Source: Cyanophora paradoxa CCMP329
Taxonomy: Eukaryota > Plantae > Glaucophyta
Length of the DNA: 64,000 bases
Direction: 5' to 3'
NCBI GenBank assembly: GCA_004431415.1
Contig: QPMI01000091.1
Location: forward strand, 22,872-86,871
Below, piece by piece: positions 13,926 through 28,250 of the stretch; position 1 is the first letter of the stretch; each line of letters begins with the position of its first letter. Below the pieces are notes generated by a model. That model had not been told where the DNA came from, did no database searches, and saw only the letters and a program-made list of their open reading frames with translations. The translations under genes and the position numbers were made by a program.

Positions 13926-15282
13926 CGGGGGGGGGGGGGCGGGGGGGGAGGGCCGAGGGAGGGGCACGCACGGTGAGGCCAGCGTTGGAGTTGGCCTTGC
14001 GGAGGCGCTGGATGGTCTCGCGCACCTCAGCGCGCGTCCGCTCGAGCTCCACGCGCAGCGTCTCCTGGCTGATGACGAGCGCCCCGGAGCCGCCCACGAC
14101 CCTCTGCTGCGCGTAGTCCGACGTCGCTGCGCGGCGCGCGTCAGGCGGCAGCGGCGGCGGGGCGCGGGGCGCGGGGAGCAGAGCGGAGGGGAGGGGAGCG
14201 GACCGACGATGAGCTTGAAGTCGGTGTTCTTGTAGAGGCGGAGGAGCTGGTGGGCCTGCGCCTCGATGAAGCTGTCCGCCGTCTGGCCCTCCTCCGTGTA
14301 CACCACGTGCACGCCCTCCCCGCCCCCCTCCTTGCTCACCGACACGAACCCTGCCGCCCCCGCCTCAGCCCCCCGCCCCCCGCCCCTCGCCCGAGCCAGG
14401 CGCCAGGCGCTGGGGGCAGACCCTGCGCGTACTGGGCGTCGAAAACGACCTGCGCGCGCTTGGTCAACACCCCTTCCAGGCTTCAGAGCACCCGTATCAA
14501 AGTCAGCGGTTGCCGACCTCGACCTTCCAGGAGCGAGCCGAAGCGAAGTCGATTAGCCAGTCGATTAGCAGCTGCCGCGCCTGGGAGGGGGGTGGCCTCA
14601 GTGAGAAGTGGGGCACCGCGCCGGAAGCTCGAGACCGGGCCGGGCGCGCCTGGGCCATCTCCCCTTCCACGGCCAGCTTCCTCAGGTGCTCCCAGGCCCC
14701 AATCTGCCGCCCGGCCCGTCAGCCGCTGAGCTCCGCCGAGCCGCGCCCTCCGAGGCTCGCCGAGGGCAAACGCGGGGCTCTATGGCGAGGCCGAGTGTGA
14801 AGGCCGCCGGGCGCGGCTCACAGTGTTATATCCGTCTACGACCAGGAGCGTGTTGCGCTGGCCCATGTCGACCTGTGCGCGAGTCGGCCGGCACGTCCCG
14901 GGTCCGGCAAACAATTGCGGACCAAAAGGTGCTCGTCCACCTCCGTCTTCCGAGCCTCGACCGCGAAGCCGTGCCGCTTTGGAGGCAGGTTTAGAGGACC
15001 GGACGCGCTCAGCCGCCGCACGAGGCTGCGAGATGCGCGTGACCTACCCGCGCGCACGCGCTCGGGCGCGGCCGGCGCGGCACACCTGAACCTTGCCGTC
15101 CCGCCGAGATACGAGCAGCAGAACCGACGGGCGCCGCGCGTCAGCGCAGGCGCCTCGTTGCCGCGCAGAGCCGCCGACGCCGCCACGCCGCACAACGCGC
15201 CCTGGGCAGCCGACGGTCGGGCGCTCGCCGGGCCGTCGGCGCGCGCCGCCGACGGCAGCGCCGGCCCCGTGAAGCCGAGCAT
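13266..15282 (-). CDS. YacP/Rae1-like NYN-domain ribonuclease with putative plastid transit peptide (spliced; 3' end approximate)
   Basis: LLV(D)GYN motif, VVFDAQY, VHVVYTEEGQTADSFIE, ATSDYAQQRVVGGSGALVIS; Ala/Ser/Arg-rich N-terminus MLGFTGPALPSAAR. Confidence 0.75.
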
Positions 15283-15373
15283 CTTGCCCTCAGCAGTGGC
15301 TTGCGAAGAATCGTGTGCCCCCCCCCCCTGCACAGAGCGCCGAGAGGCTCAGAGCGCCGAGAGCGGCGCCATC

Positions 15374-17100
15374 ATGTCGCGGCTGAGCGCCGCGACTTGG
15401 TCGGGCGCGATTCCTTGTTTGGTCACGCTAGCAGAACACGAGCTCGTATCTCTAAACCCGCCGCCTCCCCTCACCGTGCGCCCGTCTGAGCTCACCGAAC
15501 GTCGGGCGGACGTCGAGCTCACCGGCGGCCCCGCGCAGCTCATGCTCAACCGCTTGAGCTACCTTCCGCTGTACGAGGCGCAAATCCGGGCACATTTCGC
15601 GGAGCACGTCCCGCCGATCGAAGACCAGCTCTGGTTCGACTTCGCCGGCCGGCCGCTGAAGTGGTGAGCATGCGGCGCAGCGTTTGAAGCGTACGCGGCT
15701 GATCGGCACGCGCCGCGGCAGGCACGTCCCCATCGGCGTGCTCTTCGACCTGATGGCGGGGACCGAGGACTTGCCTTGGAAGTTGCAAGCGCACTTCACT
15801 CAGTTCCCGGCAGACACGCTGCTGCGCTGCGCGGGCGAGGAGACCGCGCGGCAGTACTACATGAACTCGATGAAGGAGGTAGGGGCGCGGGCGCGTCGCG
15901 GCCGCCCAGCGCGGCCGACGGGACCGCGCAGGCGGTGTACCTGCGGCTTGGGACGGTACGCCCCGTCATTGGGATGACGAAGCAAGACCAGGAGGCGTTG
16001 TGGGAGTCCATCAAGGCTGGCGCGCGCGTCCCCTCGCCGTCCCCGCCTCCCGCCCCTCTGACGCCATGCGGGCCTCTGCAGAGAACCACGAGCGGTTCGT
16101 CGCGGCGTACAGGCAGCTCACGGCGGAGGGCGCGAAGATGCCCCTCAAGCACGTGCCCCTGCGGGTCCTCGTCTGGGGCCGCCCCACCGCCCAGCTCCCC
16201 ATCATGCCCACCGACGAGTCCGGTGCGTGGCCCGCCCCGGCAGCCCGTCTCAGGCGAAACCCGGCGCGTCGCAGGGCGGGAGCGCTGCCTAGCCGACGCC
16301 CTTGGCTTGTTCCTTCCTGACCTCTTTCCCGAGTTCGCCCCCGCCCGCCCCCCGCCCGCCCCGGAGGCTCCGCCCGCACCCGCGCCCGATGCGCCGAGCG
16401 CCCCCTCCGCCGGCACCCCGCCCGCCCCCACTCCCGAGGCGCCGAACCCATCCCCCGCCGACGCCCCCGGGGAAGCCGAGGCGGCTGCCCCCGTGGCACC
16501 GCCCCTCGTGCAGGCGCCTTCCGCCCCTCCGCCCGGACGCCCCGCGCCCTCCGAGCCGGCGCCCGCCGGGCTCGCCCCGCCCGAGCTCCCCGCGCCTCCC
16601 GCCTCCCCGTCCCTCTCCCCCGCCGCCCCGGGGCGCCCGGTAGCCCGGGCAGCTCTCGCCGGCCCCGTCGGCCTTCCCTCCACGTCGTCGCACAAGAAGC
16701 TGCCGCCCCTGCCGCCCCTTCCCCGCGCCCCTCCTCGGCCTCCTCCCTCGCCCCGCCCGCCCGCCGGCCCGCCAGGTGCGGGAGGAGGCGCAGGGCGAGG
16801 CGGCGCGCCCTGAAGGGACCTCGCCGTCCCCGGCCTCCAGCCCGCCGGTCCCCGCCCGCCCCGCCCCGCCCCGCCCCGCTCGCTCGGAGACCGCCCCCTC
16901 ACCGGCCCCGCCCCGCCCCGCCCGCAGAGCGCGAGGCATCCGCGGCGGCGGCTGCAGCGGCGGCGGTGCCGGCGGAGCACGGGCAGTTCACGGTGACGGT
17001 GCAGGGGATCCGCCCGGCGCTCACAACGGGCCTCGTCTGGCTCTCCGAGGCCCTCGCGCACCCCGACGGCTTCACGTACCTCGTCGTCGCCCGCCGCTGA
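15374..17100 (+). CDS. ATG5: Autophagy protein 5 (spliced)
   Basis: W.GAIP, RLSYLPL, LWFDFAGRPLKW/HVPIGVLFDL, LPWKLQAHF, YMNSMKEA, C-terminal VQGI...WLSEALAHPDGFTYLVV. Confidence 0.93.
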
Positions 17101-17412
17101 GCCCCGCCCCCACTGCATGCGCACCGGCGCTGTCTCGCACTCGAGCTTCTTGAAATGAAATCAAAACGCGGCCTGGCCTGCTGCGGGGGGGCGGGGCCAG
17201 GAGGGGGGCGGGGCAGACGCGCGGGCGGGGCGCCGGCGACGGCAAGGGAAGGGGTGCGAGAATAGCCGCGGAGTACGAACGGCGGCAGGAGCGGATGGTC
17301 GACAGGCGAGGAAGAGGGCGGGGGCGGGGTATGCGGACGGTGTGGAGTGTCGGAGGGAGGAAGGCGGGAGGGGCGAGAAGAGAGGAGAGGATCGGAGGGG
17401 CCTGTGTGGGGG

Positions 17413-18853
<1,441 letters not shown>

Positions 18854-19068
18854 CGCTCCTCCTAAGTTCGAGCCTTGAGACCTCCAAGGGCGAAGGCCGC
18901 TCAACCCGTCGACAGTGTACCCCCGGGATCAATTTCAGAAAACAATTCAACTGAGCCGCAGAGGCAGCAACGAGAGCGGCGGCAGCGGAGGCAGCGGCAA
19001 CCGGTCGGCGGTGAGGAGGCCGACACCAGAAGCTGCGTTGCGTCGGTGCGCGACCGCGTGGTGGCGGC

Positions 19069-22000
19069 ATGATCTTCGACGGCCTCCGCTTCGCGTGGGC
19101 GGGGCCCGGGTCGCGCAGCCAGGTGTGCATCGCTCGTTCATGCGAGTTCCTTTCGCAAGGCCGCGCGCGGCGTGCCCTCCGGGGCCCCGTGCTGCTTCGC
19201 GCCAAAAACACGGACCGACCTGTGCTGGCGCGCAGCGCTACCAGGAGCTGGTGCAGGACCACGGGGGAACGTGGTACGGTGCTGATCTATGCTCTGGGGA
19301 GAGAGCGTTCGTGCTCTGTGACGACGTGAGGAGTCCGCTCTACAAGGTGCCCGGGCTCCCGCCAAGTCTGACAGGTCCGCGTGTCAAGCGTGCATGCGAG
19401 CAGGATGCGGTGCGGGAGAATTGCACGGTTGTCCTGCCCGCGTGGGTGGAGGAGAGCGTCAATCGTGGGAAGCTCCTGCCGCCCGACAAGTATCGCACGC
19501 GGCCACTGGCTGGCATCATGTGCACGATAGCTGGAAAGCTCGAAGTAGACGGCAACACTGCTGGTGAGCAGATGCGGCGCCTTCTGTGCCTTCGCACACT
19601 CTGATCGCCGCGAAGCCGAACGCGAGAGGATATCCGAACTCGTTGTTTCACTCGGCGGCGTCTACAGCGGCGCCATGGACCTGAACAAAACCACGCACAT
19701 CATCGTTCTCGTGCGCGCGGTGGCCGCACCAGCCTTGCCCGCCCCAATCCTGCAGCAGGACAAGGAGTACGAGTCGTCCGAGAAGATCAAGAAGAACATG
19801 AAGCTGAAGAACAACAAGAAGATCGTTGTGCGCAGGGCCTGGCTCGACGCCTGCATTGAACGGCAAGGTGTGCTCGCCCGCTCTGGCCCGGGTGGGGCGC
19901 CCGCCGAGGAGGGTCGGCAGCGTGCGCGGACGAGGAGGAATTCAAGGTGGACATCACCCCGCCGGCGGTCGCCGCCGCGCCAGCGGTCGCACGCGGTGCG
20001 CGGCGGGCCTGCGCTGCGAACACGGGGGCGGCAGCGAGCAGGGCCCGCAGAGGTCGACGTGGAGCGAATGGAGCGGGAGGCGATGGAGGCGCTCGAGGCG
20101 AGCCTCTACCTCGACTCGGTCCGGGCCGTCTTCTCCTCGGTCTGCTCCCCGGCCCCGTCCCGCCGCCCCGCGCCGGCGCCCGCTGAGGGCGGCGCAGGCG
20201 CTGGAGAAGGGGCCGGAGGGGCAGCTGCGGGACGCGACGCTCCTTGCGCGGCGCAGCGGCGTCTTCCGCCTGCCCCTCTGGCGCCGCGACGTCACGCACC
20301 TCATCGTCGTCGACCGGCCCACCGAATCGTGCCCCCTGCGCCCCCTCCTCCGCGCCCCGCCGGCCGCTGACGGCGAGACAGGGACCTGGGCCGGATGCAG
20401 GCGATGCAGGCCTCGCCGCTGGTCGTGCGGCTCGAGTGGCTGCGGGCCTGCGCCCAGGCGAAAGAGCACCTGGACGAGGAGCCGTTCCTCTACCGGCCCG
20501 CCCCCGCCGACGCTGACGGCGGTGTGTGCCGCCCGCCCCGCCCGCTCCGCTCCTTCCGACCCCCGCTGCAGCCCTGCCGCCGCGGGCGCCGCCGCGGCGG
20601 ACGGCGTCGGGCGCCTCGGCGGCGTCGCAGCGGGCGCCGGTGCCGCCTCCGGAGGCGTCGCGCGGCTCGTCGCCCGTGCCGGGCGCGGAGAGCTCGCGGG
20701 ACGGGTCGGCGGGGGCGGCGGCCGAGGATGGGGACCCGTTCGCCGAGTTCCTGACCTACTACGAGAACGGCGGCAGCTCGCGCGACTCGACTGCCTCCGC
20801 CTCGCGCGACGCCCCGGCCGCGCCCCGCGCCTCCCCGCCCCCGGTCGCCGCCCGCCCGTTCGCCTTCGCCTCCGCCGCCGCCTCGGCGCCGTCCCCCCCG
20901 CCTCCCGCCCTCGTTCCGTACCAGCCGCCCTCCGAGCCGGCGCCGGCCGAGCTCTCCTTCGACGCGTGCTCGATGCCGGCCCCCTCGGGCGCCGCGGGGC
21001 AGGTCGCGCCGCCGCCGCCCCCCCCGGGCCTCTTCGAGGGGGTCCTCGTCCTCTGCGACGAATCCCTGCCCTTCCCCTTCGTGCGCCCGCTCGGATCCGC
21101 TTGCCGTTCTCGCATCTCTGAGCCGCCCGCAGCGGGACCAGTACCGGGTCGGCTTCGAGCGGCTCGGGGGCAGCTGGTTCGAGGGCGTGCCGTCCCCGGG
21201 CGCCGAGCGGGCCCTTCTCGACCAGGCGCTCGCCTACGCGCGCTTGAAGGCTCGCCCGCCAGCCAGCCTCGCCGGCGCCCGGCCGCTCCCCGCGGGTCTC
21301 AGCGCGGCTGGCAGGTTCTGCTTGTGGCGGAGCGGAAGGCGCTGGAGGCGTGCGTGGCGCCCTTCCCGCACATGCTCCTCGCCCTCGACCGCTGGCTCCT
21401 CTTCTGCTTCGAGGCAGGCGCCCCCTCCGAGCCGCCGCCGCCCCTCCCGCTGACGCCGCGGCGGGCGCCAGCACCGGCGAGTCTTCAGCCCGCTGGAGGC
21501 GGTGATGTTCCGGCCGACGCCGGCGTGCGCGAGGATGGAGGGCCTCGCCCGCCGCCGCGTCGCCTTATCGGGCTTCCCCGACGTCGAGCGGAGCGCGCTG
21601 GCGGCGCTGCTGGAGGCGATGGGCGCCCAGCCGAAGGGCGCCGGGGAGCGGATGAAGAAGAGGGAGACGGAGATGCTGGTGTGCGCGGAGGCGCAGGGGA
21701 CCAAGTACCTCGCAGCCACCAACTGGAACATCCCCGTCGTCTCCGGCGAGTGGGTCTACCAGACCGCCCGCTCCGTGCGCCCCGCCCCGCCGCCCCGCCC
21801 CGCCCCGCCCCGCCCCGCCCGACGGCGATCGCAGGGCCGCATGCAGCCCTACGCGGACTTCCCGCCGCCCCCGTTCAAGCTCATCCCGACGCCCGCGGTG
21901 AAGAAGGAGAAGGACGGGCCGGCGGCGCTGTCGGGCGCGCCCTCGGCCCCCGAGGACAGCCTCTCGGGCTTCCCCCAGGGCTTCGGTGCGGCCGCCGCAA

Positions 22001-25000
22001 ACAGGCGCATCGAAGCTTCTGGCCTGACGCGGTGCGGCAGACGAGAGCAGCCAGGCGGGGCCCTGCGGCAGCGCGCCCGTCCCCCCACACGACGACAAGG
22101 AGAATTCGATGCCGCCACCGGTGCGCGCCGAGCCCCGGCGCGCGCTCTCTCTGTCTCGCTCGCCTCCGCCGCCGACTCCAGCGCCGGGACGCGCGTGTAC
22201 AGGAGCGGGGGCTCGCCCGAGCGGGGAGCTCGCAGCGGAGCTCGCTCCTCGCGCAGGTCATCGCCAGCGCCGAGAGCCAGAGCCCCAAGAAGCGTGCCGC
22301 CGACTCCGCCCGCCGCCCGGCCCTCGCCCGTCCCGCGGTGCGCTCAATGCGCCCCGCGCCCGTCGCCTTCGCGGGCTAGCCTCACGGGGACGCAGGGCGG
22401 GCGCAACCCGAACCCGTTCGCGGCCGGCGCGGCGCGGCGCGGAAGCCGGGGGGCGCCGGGGCGGGCGGGCGAGCCCCTCCGCGGCGTCGAAATCCTCCTC
22501 TCCGCCGAGCAGACGGTCCGGGCCGACTCTCCCCGCGCTCGCGGCCACGCGTTAGATTGTGCGCGCAGGCGCTCGACCGGTTCGAGGAGCTCTCGCAAGT
22601 GGCGCGGGGCCTCGGGGCGACCCTCGTGCACGCCCTCGCCCCCTCCGTCACCCACGTCATGCACCGTGCGCCCCTGTTCCCGTCCACTTCGTCTGCGCCC
22701 GTTCGCCCCGCTCACCTTCCGGTCAGAGGCGAAGCTGGCGGGCGAGCAGTGCGACGAGCTGCGGGCCGCCCTCGAGCGCGGCATGCGGCCGCACGCCGTG
22801 AGCCCCCGCTGGCTCTACGAGGTTCGTCCCCCGCGCCTCCCGCCGCCCGCGCCCCGCCCGCCGCCCTCACCCCGGTCTCAGTGCGACAAGCGGCGCGCGC
22901 GGCTGCCCGAGGCGGACTTCCCCTGCTTTGCGGGGCCGGCCGAAGCCCCCTCGCCGCGCCGCGCGGCCGCCTCGTCGGAGCCCGCCGCACCCGCCCTTCC
23001 GCCGGCCTTTGGCAAGGACCCGCGGAAGCGGGCGGCGGCCGGCGGCGGCCCCGCGCACTCTCCGCCCTCAAAGGCGGCGGCCACGCCGAGCCGCCGCCGC
23101 TCGCCGCGGCTGCACGCGGGCGAGGAGGCAGAGGAGCTCGTGCCGCCGGCCCCCGCAGAGGCGGAGGCCGCGGACGCGGATGCGACCATGGACCTGGCCG
23201 GCGAGTCGCCCGAGGTCGGCGGCGCGCCTTTCTTCGAGGACTGGGGTTCGGATCCCGCCGACGTCGCCCCGCCCCTCCCGTCGCCTCCAAAGGCCTCCGC
23301 CGCGCCCGCCCCGGCGCCCGCCTCGCCAGCCGCTGCCCCCGCGGGCTCCCCCTTGGCCCGGTCCCGGCCCTCCTCTGCTCGGGCCTCCCCGGCGCGCCCG
23401 TCTCCCGCGCGCCCCTCCTCGGGGGCCGCCGCGGCTCCCCGCAGCTGCAGCGCCGGCGGCACAGGCCGCTTCGTCGCAGCCGCGGGCGGCGGAGGAGGAG
23501 GAGGACGAGGGGAGGGAGGCAGCGTCGAGCCCCGCGTCGCGGTCAGGCCGGCCGACGCTCCCGCCGGAGCTGGCGCCGCCCACGCCCGAGGCCAGCGCGC
23601 GAGGGGGCGGCTCCGGGGCCGGCACGCCGGCCAAGGAGCCCGAGGCGCGGGCGGCCGAGGTGGCGGGGGTGCAGGAGGAGGCCAAGGACACGCCCATTCA
23701 ACGGATCACGAAAGGAATCGCGAACGGCATCACGAAGATCTCGCCCAAGTCCATCGCGAACGGCATCACGAGCGGCGTGAAGGCTGCCGGCAAGCTGATG
23801 GGGATGGCCAGCAGGCCCTTCACCCGGCTCTTCGGCTCGCAGTCCGGCCAGGAAGCCGAGCCCGGCGCCGAGGCCGAGGCCGAGGCCGAGGCGAAGCCGG
23901 ACGTTGAGGCCGAGGCGGAGTCCGAGGCGGAGCCGGCGGCGGAGTCCGAGGCGGAGGCGCAGGCAGAAGAGAAGATGGATGCAGAGTCGGCCGAACCGGT
24001 GGCGGCGGCGGCGGCGGCGGCGGCGACGGATCGGTCGGACTCGCAGAATGATCTGTTGGACGAAGACTTCATGCCGATGGGCAAAGAATTCATCCCGATG
24101 CCGGCGATGCCGGCTGCCCCGACCCCGGCGCCTGTCCCCGTCGCCAACTCCTCCCGCGCGTTCCAACGACCGTTACGGCCCATGCCGCCCCGGCCCGGCC
24201 GCCCCCGCGGTGAGCCGCGCTGCGCCGCCGGCGCCATCTCCGTCGCCTGACCCGCCGCACGGCAGCTGCCGCGCCGCAGGCGGTCTCGCCGCCCCCCGAC
24301 CCGGTCACAGAGAGCCAGGTGCGAGCCCGTTCAGGCGCCGGAGCGGGGTGCGGGAGGGCAGAAGTGACGGGGGCGGGGCGGCAGTGGATGGCGGCGGAGC
24401 CGTCGATCGAGGTGGTGTACAACGGCAACCCGGGGCTCACGGCCTCGCAGCAGCGCCGCTGCGCGATCGCCGACAAGTCCCGCGCCAACCGCGTCATCTC
24501 CTCCAAGGACGCCAACCTGCCCGACTCGCAGTACACCTCCTACCACCACCACCCCTCCTCCTCCTCCCCCGCCTCCCTGCCCCTCTCGGACTCGGAGGAG
24601 GCGCCTGCCCCCGCGCCCCCTCCCGCCCCCGCCCCCCGCGCCCCCGCGGCCTCCGCATCCCAGCTCCCCTCCTCCGACCGCGAACGGATGCCTCCCCCCG
24701 CCCGGCCCGCCTTTGCACACCGCCAAGCCTCGGCCTCCTCCCTCGGCCGAACCCTCCCCACGGAGCCGCCCGCCGCGCCGCCCGCCGCGCCGCCCGCCGC
24801 GCCGCCCGCCGCACCGCCCGCCGCGCCCCTGGACCCGCCGCTGCCTCCCCCTTCGCCCGCTGCGCCGCTGGCGCCGCCGGCGCCGGCGGAGGCGCCAGTG
24901 CCGGCACCGGCACCGGCTGCCGAGGCGGAGGAGGAGGAGGAGCTGGTGGGGGCATCGCCTGCGGCGGGGACGAGTTCAGCCAGCTGGCTGGCGCGCTTAG

Positions 25001-25220
25001 GGGGCAGCGGAGCGAGCGGAGCGGGCGGGGCCAGCCGATGCGCAGCAGGGGCGCCGCCCGCCTCTCCCCGTGGCCTGGGCGGCGGCGCCGGACCCCGAGG
25101 CGGCGCCGCTCTCGCCCGACGCGACGCGGGACGAGGCGGCGCGCGGGCCGACGCCGCCCGTCCGGCGCTCCCTCGGCCTCTCCAGGGGCGACGCCTCGCC
25201 GCCCTCGCCCGAGAAGCAAC

Positions 25221-25251
<31 letters not shown>

Positions 25252-26727
25252 GCCCGTTGCCGGCCCCTCGGCCGCCCCGCAGCAGCTGCGGAGGAGGAAG
25301 AGGGGGCGGGGAGAGCCCGACGGTGGCCATCGACCTGGACGCGGAGGAGGCGACGCCCCCGGCACCAGGCTCCCGCGGCGCCCGCGCCCCGGCGGCAGCG
25401 CCGGCTCGCGCGGCTCGCGGGGCAGCTCGGGCGGCAAGCGCAAGCGGGGTGCCGGCTCCCCCGCGGAGCCCGAGGCGGGGAAGCAGGGGACCCCGCCGGA
25501 GGAGGCGGCGAGCGGGCGCCGCACGCGGAGCCGGGCCTCGCAGGAGGCGGCCGCCGGCTCGCCGCGCACGGCCGGCACCTGCCGCGTCCTCTTCTCTGGG
25601 TTCACCGACGACGAGAGGCCCGCCATGGAAGGTGCCAGCCCCGCGCGCCCCGCCTCGCCCCCGCGCCTTCGTCCTTGGCCGCTGAGGCGGCCCCAGCGCG
25701 CGTGCGGGAGGCGGGCGGTGTCGTGCTGCCGAACGGCCCCGAGAGCTACGCGAATGCTACCCACCTCGTCTGCGCGAACCTCGTCAAGGCGGGCGCCAAG
25801 GCACGCCCACGCCGCCCCGCGCCGCGCCCCGCGCCGCGCCCCCGCGTGCGAGCCACCGCGCAGGTCTACGCGGCGGTGGCGGGGGGCAAGTGGGTGCTGC
25901 GGCCCTCGTGGCTCGACCCCGCGCGCTCGCCGGGCGCGAGACGGCTGCTGCCGGACGAGGCGGCGCACGAGTGGGGGCCGGAGGACGTGCGCGCGCTCCT
26001 CGCGGGGGAGCCGGCGGCAGACAGGGAGCGCCTGCTGGCCCTGGGGCACGCGGTGCGGGCGAGCCGGGAGGCGCGCGAGGCCGGCGCCCCCGGCCTCTTC
26101 TCCTGCTGGGGCCGCTCCTTCATCCTCGAGGCGCCCGACGAGCGCGACTGGGCCCGCAGGCTCGTCGCCGTCCTCCAGTGCGGGGGCGCGCAAGTCGAGA
26201 CGAAGCCGACGCGGGCCAGCTACCTCGCCTGCGCCCGCGCCTTCTTCAAGAGCGGCGAGGCGATCGCCAGGGGCCCCTCTTGGCTGGGGCCGCTCGTCAA
26301 GGCCGGCACCATCCCCGCCCTCCTCACCTCCTACGTCGAGGCGTGCATCGCGCACCAGAAGGAGCTCCCGGCCGGCGAGCCCCGCTTCCACCCCCTCCAG
26401 TCCGCCGCGCGCGACACCGGTCCGGCCCGCCCTCGGCCGTCCCCGGCGCCGCCCTCACGCCCGCCCCCGCAGAAACGCAGCAGAGGCAGCATGGGGGCAG
26501 GAAAACGAGCGCAGGCGCGTCTCAGCAGCCGGCGGCCTCAGCGCGGCAGTCGATGCCTGCCAACAGTCTCAACGCCGCCGCCAGCAGCGCGGCCCAGAAG
26601 CGCAGGCGCGTTGCCCCGCCGCCTCCCTCAGCCTAAGGTCAATCTAACCCGCTTTGATTTGCCGCGCAGGGATGCGTCGGGAAGCGGGGCAGCCGCGAGC
26701 CAGTCCAAGAAATCGCAGCGCAAGTGA
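19069..26727 (+). CDS. Multi-BRCT-domain protein, TOPBP1/Dpb11-like (spliced)
   Basis: Several BRCT repeats: VVLPAWVEESV, LGGVYSGAMDLNKTTHII..VRRAWLDAC, VALSGF..LVCAEAQGTKYLAATNWNIPVVSGEWV, SVTHVMH..VSPRWL, THLVC..GKWVLRPSWL. Confidence 0.8.
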
Positions 26728-26754
26728 TCCGTTTCGCCGAGGACTTCTTTATAA

Positions 26755-27339
26755 TTACATGTACACACGTACAATCCGAAATATGTTGCATTTTTCGCAA
26801 GCGATGCGAATACCGGCGGAAGAAGCGATGTTCAGGCCTGCGCTACCGGTCAGGGCGCGCGGTACGGGCGGGGAAGGGCGGGTCGCGCGCACGGAGTCGA
26901 GGCGGGCGAAGATTCTGTCGCTGTCGGAGACGTACTCGCCTTGGAACTCCAAGACGGGGATTTTGTTCTCGGGGTTGATCCGCGCGAGCAACTCCGGCTT
27001 CGCGTGTGGGTCTACGTGGACGAACTCGTACTGCATCCCGCGCCGGTCCAGCGCCTGCTTCACCTTCATGCTGCGGGGACAAATTGTGTGAGGATTGTGC
27101 GGCGGGACGTCGACAGAAGAGAGCGAAACGCGCAGAGGGCACGCACGTGTACGGGCAATTCCTGCGCATCGGGGCGCGATCGCGAGCCGCGAAAGTCACG
27201 GACTCGTGCGACTGGGCGCGAGGCGGGAGAGCTCGAGCACGGGAGAATTCGCGCACGGGGACCCAAACAGGCGGGTGGGCGTCGGCCTCGCGCCGGGCTG
27301 CTCGCCAGGGCCGGTGCCGTAGGTGTACCGGGTTGCCAT
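26755..27339 (-). CDS. Small glutaredoxin/GST N-terminal-domain protein (spliced; 3' end approximate)
   Basis: CPY motif, then KVKQALDRRGMQYEFVHVD...INPENKIPVLEFQGEYVSDSDRIFARL (thioredoxin-fold GST-N signature). Confidence 0.75.
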
Positions 27340-28250
27340 CGAGGAGCGCGTCAGCTGCTGCGGTGTGCGAATAAACCTGGAAACACTGACAGCGCGAGCC
27401 CTGTCCATAGCTGTAGGGAGATCTCGCGATGCCGAGGGGACGGGCCGGGGAGGGGATGCCGGGCCTAGCTTGCAATTGTTCGGGCCCGGCCCGGCGGGAA
27501 GGGGAGTTCGAAATTTTAGTGAGGGGGCCCTGAGGGGAGCGGGGGCTTAACGTGATCGATATCGTTCGGGCCCGGGGAGGATCCGGAGAATTCGAGGCCA
27601 GACGTCGACTCTGAGATCTACATGGGGGGCATGCATATAAAACTCGAATTCGAACTTTGTGGGGGGAGGGCGGCCGGGGGGAATTCGAAGCTTAAAGGAG
27701 TCTAGCCTAGTAGATCTAGATCTGCGCATGCGGCTCTTCGACCTGTTAGCTAAATTTTTTTTTTTAAGTGTGAATCTACGTATATATATATACGATCTGA
27801 TCACGGTCATCATGCATACGTGAGGCTCGGAGCTCGAGCTCGCCGTGCACTGTGCATTTCGAACTTATCGCACATGTACAGGTTCACTGAGCCAATTGCA
27901 AAGGATCCCGGATCGGAGCGACTCGGTTGCAATTGAAGTTTCAAGTTCGTCAAATTGCCGCGCAGTGCGATTCGAATTCGAATTCATGATTCAATGATTC
28001 AGTGATTCATGATTTTGGGAGCCCTGTTCGACGGTCGCAGAAGTGGAGCCGATAGCTAGTGGAGAGGGCCTCGGACGGGGGTGATCAAGGTCTACCTAGG
28101 GCGACTCTGCAGCTTCACTCGCGACGGCCAAGTGGCTGACACGCCTCAAACACTGCAAGCGGCCCGGAGGGGGCACAGCCGGTTGGGGGGCGGCGGGATG
28201 GGCGAGGCCCTGAGGGTGGCGTTTGCCGCAGGGCTAGCGCTGGGGTGCGT

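Noticed and set aside
13890-13950. Long poly-G tract
   Set aside because: Lies in an intron; likely a low-quality rendering of a (GGGGC)n repeat
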